From positions 1,054,001 to 1,118,000 of the forward strand of contig OZ176056.1 in the NCBI GenBank assembly GCA_964247055.1: 64,000 bases of DNA, read 5' to 3'. Below, piece by piece: positions 11,101-22,362 of this stretch (the first letter of the stretch is position 1; each line of letters opens with the position of its first letter). The notes beneath the pieces are model-generated. The model made no database searches. It was given only the letters and a program-made list of their open reading frames with translations, and had not been told where the DNA came from. The stretch is from Paragordius varius. Taxonomy: Eukaryota > Animalia > Nematomorpha. Both the position numbers and the translations under genes were made by a program.

Positions 11101-13963
11101 ATAGGTTATATTAGTAAAAATCTCAAGATTTATATTGTTGGTTGCTCACAAAAAAAATATTTTTAGCTGTATATATTTTTGAATTTACTTTACAATCAAT
11201 GATTTCTCACTAATATTGGTATTGCTGGTGTTGTTTTCTGAATTATTAAGGCTTTGAGTTTCTAAGCACTCAGTATTTAGATTATTAATCTTGTTTTGTT
11301 GCATATCAACAGGTATTTTAGGTTCATTAGAAGAGGTTTGAGATAGAATAATTGATGGAATTTTTAGGTCTGAAAATTATATAAATATATTAATAAATAT
11401 TATATCTTTACAATATATTATATAATAATATTCAATCGATTAATTCCAATAACAAAAAGTTTAAAAATTGCGAACAAATTATTTACAACAAATAACTGAA
11501 ACTCTAGAGTAAATAAAACACATAGCGTTAAAAGTATAAAGATAATATTGTTTTTGATATTAAAATAAAATAATCTTGATAAATACTAGAATTGTTAAAT
11601 AAAATAAGGTGTTCCAATTCAAATCTTTTCCCTATTTTAAGCCCAACACAAAGAATCAAAGAAGTTATATATATATATATATATATATGCAAAAAAGAGG
11701 GTCATTTTGATTTAACGAAAATTTTTTTTTCATGGGATAGCTTATGACCAACGTATTCATTTGCCGCAAAAATTTTTATTTTATGACAACCTTGTTTTTT
11801 GAAATATTGAGAGAAAATTAAAATCGGGCAAAAAGTGAAAATTAAGGATAATGATAAACTTTAAAATATTATGGTTTATTATCATTTAAGGAGATATTCT
11901 CAATATGTAAAGAGCCTAAAATCATATAGTTTGGGTTTCCATAAAATTTGAGGTCAGAAGATGGCGTTTTTCTTTTGTCACACTTGAATGAAACTACATT
12001 AAAATAATTTTTTTTTTATTATTTACTACCTAAACTCACTATTAAAATCTTAACATTCATATTTTATTCAGTAAATTAAACTTATATATCAAAATAAAAT
12101 CAAAAATATTGTTTTTTATTTTTACATTTTTTGTCATCTGGTTTATGAGTGTATAAAAAATTTATACTGTTTTATTTTGTAATCTCACATGATCAGGAAT
12201 TATTAAGTATATAATTTATGCAAAATAGGATTGAAAATTAGTGGAATATCAACCAACATTCCGTACAAATCTCAATACAAATATTAATTTGTCAAAAAAC
12301 AGACTTGTTAGAGGAAATTGTATGTTTTTTAAGTGTGACAAAAGAAAAACGCCATCTTTTGACCAGAAATTTTATAGAAACCCATATATGATTTTAGGCT
12401 AATTATATATTGAAAATATCTCCTAAAATGATAATAAACGATAATATTTCAAATTTTATCATTATTTTTTGAATTATCCTTAATTTTCTCTTTTTGCCCG
12501 ATTTCGATTTTCTCTCAATATTTCAAAAACTAGGTTGTCAACAAATAAAAATTGGTCATAAGCTATCTCATGAAAAAAAATTTTTCGTTGAAAATTTTTA
12601 TGCACACAGTGTGTATATATATATATATATATATATCATACCATCATTTCTATTAGGAATGACATTTATTTCCCGATCAGGTTCAATTGGAATGGAAATG
12701 TTATCATCAACACACGGTTCCACAAAACAGTCAAGAGCGTTTAAAACATTTTCCGCATCTAGGGTTTGACATGCAGTTGATTCTGACATAATCAAATATT
12801 TGGTAATTTTAAAAAAATGCAAGTATTAAATTAGTATTTATTGTTAATAATTTATATTGTACAGTAAAAAATAAGAATTATATAGTCATAGCAATTTTTA
12901 AGTTTAGAGTTTGACATGCAGTTGATTCTGTAATTATAAAATATTTAGCAATTTAAAAAATGTGATTTTTTTAAAATGCAAATATTAAATTAGTATTTAT
13001 TGTTAATAATTAATAATCTAAAGGAAAATAAAATTATAAAGATGAAACACATTTTAAGTTTAGAGTTTGACATGCAGTTGATTCTGTAATAATAAAATAT
13101 TTAATAATTTAAAAAATGCGTTTTTTTTCAAAAAAATGCAAGACTTAAATTAGTATTTAATTATGGTTGATTATTAATATTAAGCAGGTAAAAATTAGAT
13201 AGTTAGGAAAAATTATGTGTTTAGAGGGTTTGACATGTAGTTGATTCTGTAATAAAATATTTAGTAATTTGAAAAAAAATTGCGTTTTTTTTGTAAAAAA
13301 AAGTCAAAAGATATTATAGATTAAAAATTAAAATTATATAGACAAAACATTTTCCGCATTCATTTTAACATGCAGCGTATCTGGAAAATTTATAATTAAT
13401 TTAAAAACTGCAAGAATTAATTTAGAATTTATGGTATGTACAGTAAATATATAGAGTGAAAAAAATTGTATTTAGGGTTTGATATGTGGTCGATTCTAAA
13501 AATATAAAAATGGGTAAAAATTAAAATTTACTGAAAAAATGTAAAAACAAAAAAAAACAAATATTATCATTTAATAAACTACCATACTTCTTTAAACCTA
13601 ATTTTTTAATATTATAATTTATAGTTTTTGGATTGTCAGATAATAGAGATGTACACATTTAATTGTTTCGAAATGAAAAAGAGTATTTATGTATAAAAAA
13701 TTAAGGTTTGAAAAAACTATGGCCCTATTTTGAAAAAAAAAATATTTACATTTTGTCTGTATAATTTTAATCTTTACCATAAGTATAAATCAAAATATAT
13801 TTATTGCTAATAAATTTATTTATTATTGGGTAAAATTAGATTTATCTAGTCAGGTAACATTAAAAGTAAAGGATTGATATTTTTTTGCATTTAAGAATCA
13901 ATTATTAGTATAAAACACCGTCAAAAAACTTATAATTTACAATTTTAATTAACTATTTAAAAC

Positions 13964-14000
<37 letters not shown>

Positions 14001-15652
14001 CATTTTCATTCAATTGCACAGTGTTAATTTTGGGTGTGACTTGTCGCATTTTATGAATTTGATTAATTCGTGAAGACAACTCCGATCTGTAAGGCGCGTA
14101 ATGTTGAAATTCCTGGTCAAGTTCTTTCAAGAGACTTATCATTAGTAAACATTCTATTATACAATAATTTCAAATTTTTAAAGGTTGAATATTTAATACA
14201 GAACTACAAGAGTAGAAAACTATATTACTAGATTTTAAGTAATCGATATAAACAAATGTAATTAGGATTGTAAAATAAAAGGGGGGTTAAAAAAACCTCA
14301 GCTCTAAATTAAATTTATATTAATATTCAGTGCATCAAATAATCAGGAATCTAAAATTATTTTTTTTCGTTTTAAATTGCGCCTTAATTTAAAAAAATTC
14401 CATTTATAACACAAATTTCACGCTTTGTTTATTCAATATTTTATTATAAATACATTCTATGAAATTTTAAATTATAAACCAAATTTGTGATTTAGTAAAT
14501 TTATAAAAAATTTAAATTAATTAGGCAAAAAAATTAACTTTAATCAAATTTTTATTTCTACAAAAAGTTTCAAGACAATTCAAAAAACCCAATCAATTAT
14601 ATTACCATAAGGTTTTAACGGTTCCAACACTCGATTATTGACAATGTCGGCAATATGCTTGAAAATGCGTTTGAAGTCAATCGCATCTTTTATATCGTCT
14701 AATTCTTTGGTTTGACAAGTAAATTCTTCTGCAATTTCATCTAAAGCCTAAATTGAATAAATCAGGAAAAAAAAATAGATAAGGTTATTCGGTTCAAAAG
14801 ATATTAATTATATAATTAAGGTTTGAAAAATATTTATATTGATTAACTAATGATATTTAAACATTTTTATAAAATAATTACTATCAACATTCATTACTTA
14901 AAAACCAAAGTTATGTTTAATTGAAACCACTTTAAAATGCAAATTTAAATTACAAAATAAATATAAATGCTGATATAATGATATTTTTTCAAATTAAATA
15001 AATAAAAAATAAGAATACAGGACTTAATTCCCACCCCCTTATAATTAACTAGATTAAATAAATTTAAAAAATTTTTTTTTGTTGAGAAGTCATTAATAAA
15101 TTTTCAATCGTGTTTTTTAAATATTGATAATTTTAAGGCAAAAACAAAAAAATAATTATTAGTTTTCTTCCAAATAAGTGAATATAATATTTGATAATAA
15201 TATTTCTACTATTAAAATTGAGAAACATATAAGTAAAAAATAAACTTTTCCAACCACAGGTACACGATTAATTAAATTGATATCCTTATCTGGAATTTCG
15301 GTTTCCTTTCTCAAAATATTTATCCAATTCTAAACTTTATTATTATATTACAAACCAATAAATTTGGAGATTCTTTATTAACTCTCGTTATGTATAGCTC
15401 TAAAACTTTAAATATATAAATAAAACTTTTGCATATATTTTTGTACTTCTTCATCAATAGAACAATCTAAAAAACATAAATTTAATGCTTACCGATTGCA
15501 AGTTTTTCAGGGGAAAAATTCGCTGCAAAGCATACGGATCTTCTCCATATCTATTTTAATATTAACAATAAATATTACTTTTCTAAAGCATGTAATAATT
15601 TAATTTTATCTCTCACCAACCACTTATTTATATAAGAGTCATCTTGATACAT
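8111..15652 (-). CDS. SNAPC2: SNAPC2 (SNAP45)-like snRNA-activating complex subunit, 524 aa, 12 exons: 15652-15579, 15550-15493, 15466-15427, 15399-15356, 15329-15246, 14747-14606, 14153-14001, 12782-12642, 11369-11189, 10667-10486, 9347-9147, 8385-8111
   Basis: The 1575-nt spliced ORF is phase-consistent throughout. It has an N-terminal SANT-like segment (WLVRDKIKLLHALEKYGED). The central IDFKRIFKHIA...PLKPYECLLMISLLKELDQEF resembles recalled human SNAPC2 VDFEKIYKYLS...ELSAAESAVVLDLLMSLPEEL. The C-terminal INPYHLP resembles LNPFLVP. The gene model is firmer than the name. Confidence 0.68.
9353..9748. mobile_element. Tc1-type MITE family 1 (composite or nested copy abutting a splice acceptor)
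   Basis: CAGTAAAAATTGAAA at 9353, 4 nt from the acceptor AG at 9349-9348. A second left TIR lies at ~9475 and the right TIR GTCCGTATAATTTTAATTTTACTG at ~9723-9746. Confidence 0.75.
10680..10938. mobile_element. Tc1-type MITE family 1 (intronic copy)
   Basis: TTATACGGACAAAATGTAAAA left TIR and AAAAGTATGGTTGTCTTT...CCGTATAATTTAAATTTTTACT right TIR. Confidence 0.75.
11689..12611. mobile_element. ~920-bp non-autonomous DNA element with ~290-bp TIRs, inserted in a (TA)n tract
   Basis: 11689-11985 and 12331-12611 are inverted copies (e.g. GATGGCGTTTTTCTTTTGTCACACTT / AAGTGTGACAAAAGAAAAACGCCATC). (TA)n flanks both sides (11666-11688, 12614-12636). The right end is CACAGTG. Confidence 0.85.
12750..13500 (-). 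repeat. Tandem array of six ~115-163-bp units, each carrying a copy of the exon-8 acceptor and exon 5' end
   Basis: The core (+) AGRGTTTGACATGCAGTTGATTCTG recurs. Acceptor AG positions on the - strand are 12784 (the real one), 12929, 13085, 13248, 13382 and 13497. Confidence 0.85.
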
Positions 15653-15819
15653 TTTGTGCTCCCAAATAATTAAACTTCTGCGGTTTTATACAATTTTTGA
15701 CAGTATTAAAAAGCAGAAATAGGTTTTTTATCAATCAATCCTAAAAAAAGTATACAAAAATTATGAACAAAATAAACACAGTCTTGTGCCTTTTTGCGCA
15801 TGGCGGTAACGAAAAGCAC
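15653..15819. promoter_or_regulatory. Bidirectional promoter region between the SNAPC2-like gene and mRpL24
   Basis: Divergent ATGs at 15652 (-) and 15820 (+) are 167 bp apart. The interval contains GCGCATGGCGGTAAC. Confidence 0.65.
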
Positions 15820-17319
15820 ATGGTAAGGTTAACCATAAACTTTTTGAATAAAATACCGAAAGAATGGCACAATTTTCCCAAATCCTATGTTGATCGCGTA
15901 ATAGATGAACAGTTTAAATCTTGGCGAGAGGATAGAGGTTTTATTTTATCCGAAATAATTTTAAGGATTACAGGGTTTACGGGAAGTTAAAAAACCTTAT
16001 TTTTGGTACGGTCAGCAAAGACCATGGGAAAAGGGATGGAAAGCTCTAAATATGTTCAAAAAATCTAGACCACCACCTATTGAGAAAATTTTAGAATGGA
16101 GTATATTTCGTGGAGATAGGGTCATTTTTTTATTTCATTGCTTTTAATGTACTTTATTTAACAGTTTTATTAATAAGTATTTTTTTGATAGGTTGAAATT
16201 TTAGTTGGGCCTGACAAAGGAAAACAAGGAGTCATAAATATGATAATTAAAGAACGTAATTGGGTGTATGTGGAAGGTCTTAATTGCGTAAGATTTTTTA
16301 ATATCTCAAAATTTATTATTAAAAAAATCCAATTTTAATATTATCTTTTTATAGAAATATGTTAAAGTTCAAGATAACCCCGCTTCTAAACCAGTTATGG
16401 TTAAGCATGAATGCCCATTGCGGGTTACTGATGAGATAGCCCTTGTTGATCCTAATGACAAGTAAAACTAATGTTGAAATTTATAATTTATTTTTTGCTG
16501 AAATTTATATAATTTAATAAATTTTATTTAATTATAAAATATTTTGTAACGGAAAATGTATTATTTAATTAATTTTAATTAAATCAGGATATTATATATA
16601 TAAAAATCGAGAAACATATCCAACTAGAATAATCTATTTTATTGCAATCTATTTTTCAGTAAACCGACTTTAATTAGTTGGAAATTTGATGAGAAAGGCC
16701 AACGCGTTCGAGTTTCGCAAAGAACCAACAGAATAATTCCTATTCCATCTTTTGCTTTCGAAACTCGTGATTACAAAACTATGGCTACTTACAAAGGTTT
16801 GTTTAAACAATTTTTGATTAAAGTTTTTTAAAAATATTTAGAATAATTATTTTTACCATGTGGTAATGAAGTTTTTATATTAAATTATTACAGTAAAATG
16901 CAATTTTTGAAATTAAAGATAAAGTAATAACACCATTTTTCAAAAAGTAAACCCTATTTTTTAAACCTAATTTTTATCATATATAACCTTTTTAAATTTA
17001 AAACTTGGTGTGTTGCCTATTAACATATCTATTTCTCGTAAAATATTATCTATATTCTGTTTTAAGTATTTTCAATTTTATTTTTACTGTTTAATAGGTT
17101 TTGACAAGTTTTGTATATACAAAAAAATTATTTTTGGATTAAATTATTTTATTGTGTATATTTATATTTTTATTAGAACAACCGAAAGATACCACAGTTC
17201 CCGAACATCAAAAAATTACATATAAACCAATCTTAAAAACGTTCGAACAAGATATTGCTGATACATACAAAATATCCGATTTTAAACCATTTAAAAATAT
17301 ACCTAGATACTATTATTGA
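15820..17319 (+). CDS. MRPL24: 39S mitochondrial ribosomal protein L24, 251 aa, 6 exons: 15820-15937, 15966-16120, 16192-16287, 16355-16461, 16660-16796, 17177-17319
   Basis: KOW motif [51 protein letters not shown] and a terminal RYYY*, all as in animal mRpL24. Phases are consistent. Confidence 0.96.
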
Positions 17320-18089
17320 TTGTTTTATAACGCATATAATAAATAAAATATACCAACTCTCTAGATTTCATTTCCGTTTTACAATTAGAGCGAGTTTAAT
17401 TTTATCAGAATGGATATTCTGTAAAGATAATTTGCATGAAATAAATATTGTTCGATGTATTTCTGCCTTATATTTTAAATATCATTTCATGAAAAATCCA
17501 GGCTTTAAATATGAAGGATTTTATTGATTATTATATATGGCAATAATGGCTTAATAAAAGTATAAACTTTTAAAAAGGTCATTATTGAAAGTATTTAAAT
17601 ATATTACTCGTTTTTTGCCATTTATAATAACTATAATTTAAAATGCGTGAATTATTTTATATTACTTAATAGCGCTCAATATTTGCAACGATTCATAATT
17701 TTAAACACGATTACTTTTTTGTCTTAATTTACATTTCGGGGTATTTTTATATCCCATATCACAATAATTATTTTAGTTAAAATTTAATATCAAACATTGT
17801 TCTCATATATTGGTTAAATAAGCTTTTTTACAACTTTCTGAGTTCTAGAGGGGACATTTTTACAACACAATTAAACGAATAGCTGGTATAAAATCAAATT
17901 AGATCAAATTTTTAGCTGGTAAAATGTAGCCTGAAAGCTTTTTAAAGTTGATTATTTATATTTTTCAAACTAAACCATAATATACATTTATTTGACACAG
18001 AGAGCAATGGATGACGATTTTTAACAATTTTGTTTTGTTGTAACTAAGATCGGGGTCGATTTGTCGCTATTTCGTAAGTGTAGTTAGAC

Positions 18090-18710
18090 CATATTGTATG
18101 GTTAGGTGAGTGATGGCTATACTGTTGCATTGATAGTTTGGTTTCTTTAGTTAAATTATCCATTCAACGCATTTTACATCTCCCACGTTTCCTTGAGCCT
18201 AAACTTTGCCCGACATAAGCTAATATTTTAGGTTAAATAAGATAGTTTCATTTTAAGGCATAAGCCGTATAAGGAGATTTCAGGTTTATGATTGGTTTTA
18301 GGTTTCGTGGGATGACCATACTTTATTGTATTTTATTATATTAGCTTTACCGATTGCTATTCTTCTTTTAATGTGTGCGGTGCTATTGTAGAGGGGTTGT
18401 GATTAGACTACCTAGATAAATAAATTGTGGTACTACTTTGGGTGCCCATAAATGCTAAGGTATAGTATTGAAATTTTAGGTTTAGATCATGATTTTTGTT
18501 TTATATAATTGTTGTTTAGACCGAAATTTTGAAATTCAGCGGTATATTGTGCTAGAAGTAAAATTGTCTTGGGAGGACAGCAGAATCGCTGTCGTCTGCG
18601 TAATGAAGCGAGGATATTGTATTTACATCACCTTTTATTCCAAACGATTCTATGTTGCATGGGATGTACTCGATGCAAATGTTGAAGAGCGGTGAAAAGA
18701 TGCTTTTTAA
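18090..18710 (-). mobile_element. Decayed non-LTR retrotransposon (RTE-like) reverse-transcriptase fragment
   Basis: Minus-strand frames give SPLFNICIEYI...SSLHYADD (18602-18591), KTKIM, FIYLGSLIT, IKRRIAIGKA...KVW and RKRGRCKMR*MDNL, with stops and frameshifts. Confidence 0.85.
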
Positions 18711-20237
18711 TTATTCATAAATATATAATTGTAAAAACCTCAAAGTAACTACGGTTGTTTATAATATTAAAGATCATGATAGGCTTAACTTAGATATGTA
18801 TTTAAGTTTAGTTTGTAAGATGTCCACCTAGTGTGAAGGTCTAATTAATACAAACCAATCAAATGTTCTACTTCATAAAATCGCCAATAACACATTCTAT
18901 CTAAAAATATCCTGAATGCATATTCTGAAAGGATAAGGTATCAGTTTATTTTTTTGATTTTGGGACTTAGGTAATTTAAGAAAGTTATTTACACTTCTCT
19001 AATAAGTGTACCATATCAGGGTAAATGTTGCGTACATTTAAAGCTAATAATATTAAAATATATCATACTAATATAAAAGCAAAACAAAATTTTATAAAAT
19101 TTTAATTTTTGGATGAGGGCTTCGAAAATCCCATTTTTTCTATTTAAAAACGAACCTCTAAAATAAACGCAAAAATGCCATACTAATTTTGGATATCAGC
19201 CAAGATTGTTTAAATAAAAAGGCATAATTTTTACAAAAATTGAATATTTAGAAAAAATTTGTACTTTTTTTGAGGTATAATAAAAACGATATAAGTTTTA
19301 AGATATTATAAAAACCTTACTATGTAATATGATAGTGCTGAATTCTGTCAGAGTAGCTCAAAAAAGTTTTGAAGGTAAAAAAATATATTCTTGTCTCAAG
19401 GGCCGGTCAATCAATAAATATTTCATAACTGTAAGTCCCCTTTGATATATTTGTATTCCAAAAAATATATCGAAAATCAATCAAATATTATAAGAAAAAG
19501 ACAACATTTATAGTTGTATGGCCCCATGCACTGTTTAAGTATCAATATTAGATATTTGTTTGTTTTATTATTTGTTAGTAATTCACCCAAATTTATTAGC
19601 TAACTAACCTTTAAATAATTAGGTAAGAATATGTTCAACACCATTTAATTATACAGAAAAAAATGTTTTTAATATCTTAAAATATTTATTATAAAGTATA
19701 GTTTCACTTCTATGTCCGCGATGACTTATTAAAATAGATTAATATCCAAGAGAAACCTTGTAAATAACCTATTTTTTATTTAATATTTAGTGCATTCATG
19801 TATTAAATAAAAACTTTAATAAATCCTAACTTTTACAGTCATTGAGACAGCTCTGAAACCGATTAAAATAAACATTTTATTCTAAAGTCAACAAATATCA
19901 GGTTTTTGCTGGTAAAATATAATCTTAAGAAATTACAAATCTTAGGTGTTCCATTTTCTAACATAATAAACAAAATTTGCCTATCGTTTAGCGATAAATG
20001 CCGACGAAAAAGTGTGAGATGAGGTTTTGTATTTTAATTTTTTAAACAATTTTTTGCAGAATGTGCTTAGAAGTTAAAAAAGTATATTTTTAAAATTGGC
20101 TAAATACCCTAAGTATTTTTAAAGTATTCAATTTAAATTCAATACAGGATATAAAATCCGCATCATGAACTGTTAAGATAAATATTGCATGTGAATTTCA
20201 TTTTCAAAATATTGCGGCAATCAAAAATGTGAAGCAC

Positions 20238-22323
20238 ATGATAAAAATTACACAATATTTATTATTATTATTTGTGAGTTTCGCCACAATAGTTTTTACC
20301 GAAAATGATTATAAAATTCTTTATTTCAATCAAACTATAGACCATTTCTCATTTACAAATTCAGAAAAATTTAAACAAAGATATCTCTATAAGGGTAAAA
20401 TTTACTTTTTTATAAATCTAGATGCCGATTTTGATAAGGAGAATGGTACCATACTCTTTTATGCGGGAAACGAAGGCGATATAACTGCTTTTTGGCAAAA
20501 CTCTGGCTTTATCTTCGAAATATCAGTTTTTCTCCGGGGGTTGATTGTTTTCGCTGAACATGTAATTATATAAAATAACACTTTTAAAATTAGACACGTA
20601 ATTAAAAAGACACAATTTAATGATAAAACTCTTATTCTTTAAAATTATAAATAAGGGACAAGATATGTAATTGGTACTAAATATGAAATTCCCGATTGTG
20701 ATATATACTTTACTAAGGTTCCATAAACTAAAAAAAGCATGATTATATTTATATGTAAAAATTTTGGTTCATTGTTTTTATGTTTTACATAAAAATATTT
20801 TATTATATAAATTATGGTTTATATATATTAGTCCTTAAAAAATATTTGTTTTGCGTTGTGCTTACAAATTCCCTTATTATAATTTAGCGATTTTATGGGG
20901 AATCCTTACCTTACGGAAATAAATCATTTGATAGTCTTGAAAATATCAGTACTTTGAGGGTTCAACAGGCTTTAGCTGATTATGCCATATTAATTGGACA
21001 TCTTTATCGCCAATTCAATATTAGCTCACACGTGCCTGTTATCACGTTTGGTGGAAGGTTTCTTTTTAAAATATATTTATTGATATTTAAAAAATTGATA
21101 GTGGGTTTTAACTACGCTAAAAATTATAAAATTCTAAATAATTTTATTAGGTTGTTCGATCTTATATAGTATTAATCTGTTAAATTTGCGAACTCACTAC
21201 AGTAAAAATTGAAATTATACTGACAAAACGTAAAAATATAAAGACAAAATTTTAAAAGGACAACCATACTTTTTAAATCTTAATAATCCTATAAAAATCA
21301 TTTAATTACAATTGTTAAATACATACTTGATTAAGTCACCAATTTACATCTCTGTTTTATGCTTTGATTAAAAAAAATCAGCTATATTTAAAAAAATCAA
21401 GATTATCAAAGTTTGGTTGTGTTTTTGAAAAAAATATTAGTCTTTTTATTTTTGCGTTTTGTCCATAGAATCCCAATTTTTACCTTAAACGATAGTATAA
21501 AATAGGTATCAATTAAATAAGCCATATGAAAAGGTGTATACCCGACTATATAATTTTATAATAAAGTCATATTGAACCTTGATTTTATATAACTTTTGTA
21601 ATTTGAATTGTGAAATATTTTTTGAAGGATGTTACCATCAATTTACATCTATAATTCTTATTTAAAATCAAAAATTCAATATTGCTCCTTAATTTTTCAC
21701 TGTATTTATGTATTAAAAAAATTAGTTTTATTTGAAAATTTTTATGAATGTTAATTATATTTTATTAGTTATGGGGGTATATTGAGTGCATATCTGCGTA
21801 TTAAATATCCAAAACTAGTTTTGGGTTCAATCTCTTCAAGTGCGCCTTTGCTTTCTATTGCAGGCATTGGTCAAAGAAATTTTTTCTTTCCCCATATAAC
21901 CAAAGTAATCGGAAACTTAAACTTTTAAAAAAAAATCTATTTTTTATTATAATTTAAAGGTTTTTTAAAGTTTTTTTTACTTTTCTAATGACATTTTATA
22001 TATATATTTATATCAATTTTATATAGTAAGAATATAATTGCCTTATTTTTTATTGAATTAATTTTTAGGCTAAAAATTAAAATAAAAAAATTAGTGAATT
22101 ATTGTTTTTTTCTGAGAAAAAATAGTTGTTTTTAGCCCTGTTTTCAATAGAACCTATAGGTAGTTTATTTAATTTCAATTCGACATAGGTTATAAAATAC
22201 AAGAATAATAGAAAATATAAATTAAACTGCTTCTTTTTTATATTTTTATAATGTGAAAAAATAGAATTGTCAGAAACTAAAACCTTACTTTTTAAATGCT
22301 ATATAAAGTATTTAATTGAAAAT

Positions 22324-22362
<39 letters not shown>

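Noticed and set aside
17010-17527. ORFs 17010-17225 and 17255-17527, and other short F/I/L/Y-rich ORFs (40257, 51836, 56024, 60291, 60539)
   Set aside because: They are AT-rich intron, UTR or MITE frames; only the 3' part of ORF 40257 is a real exon.
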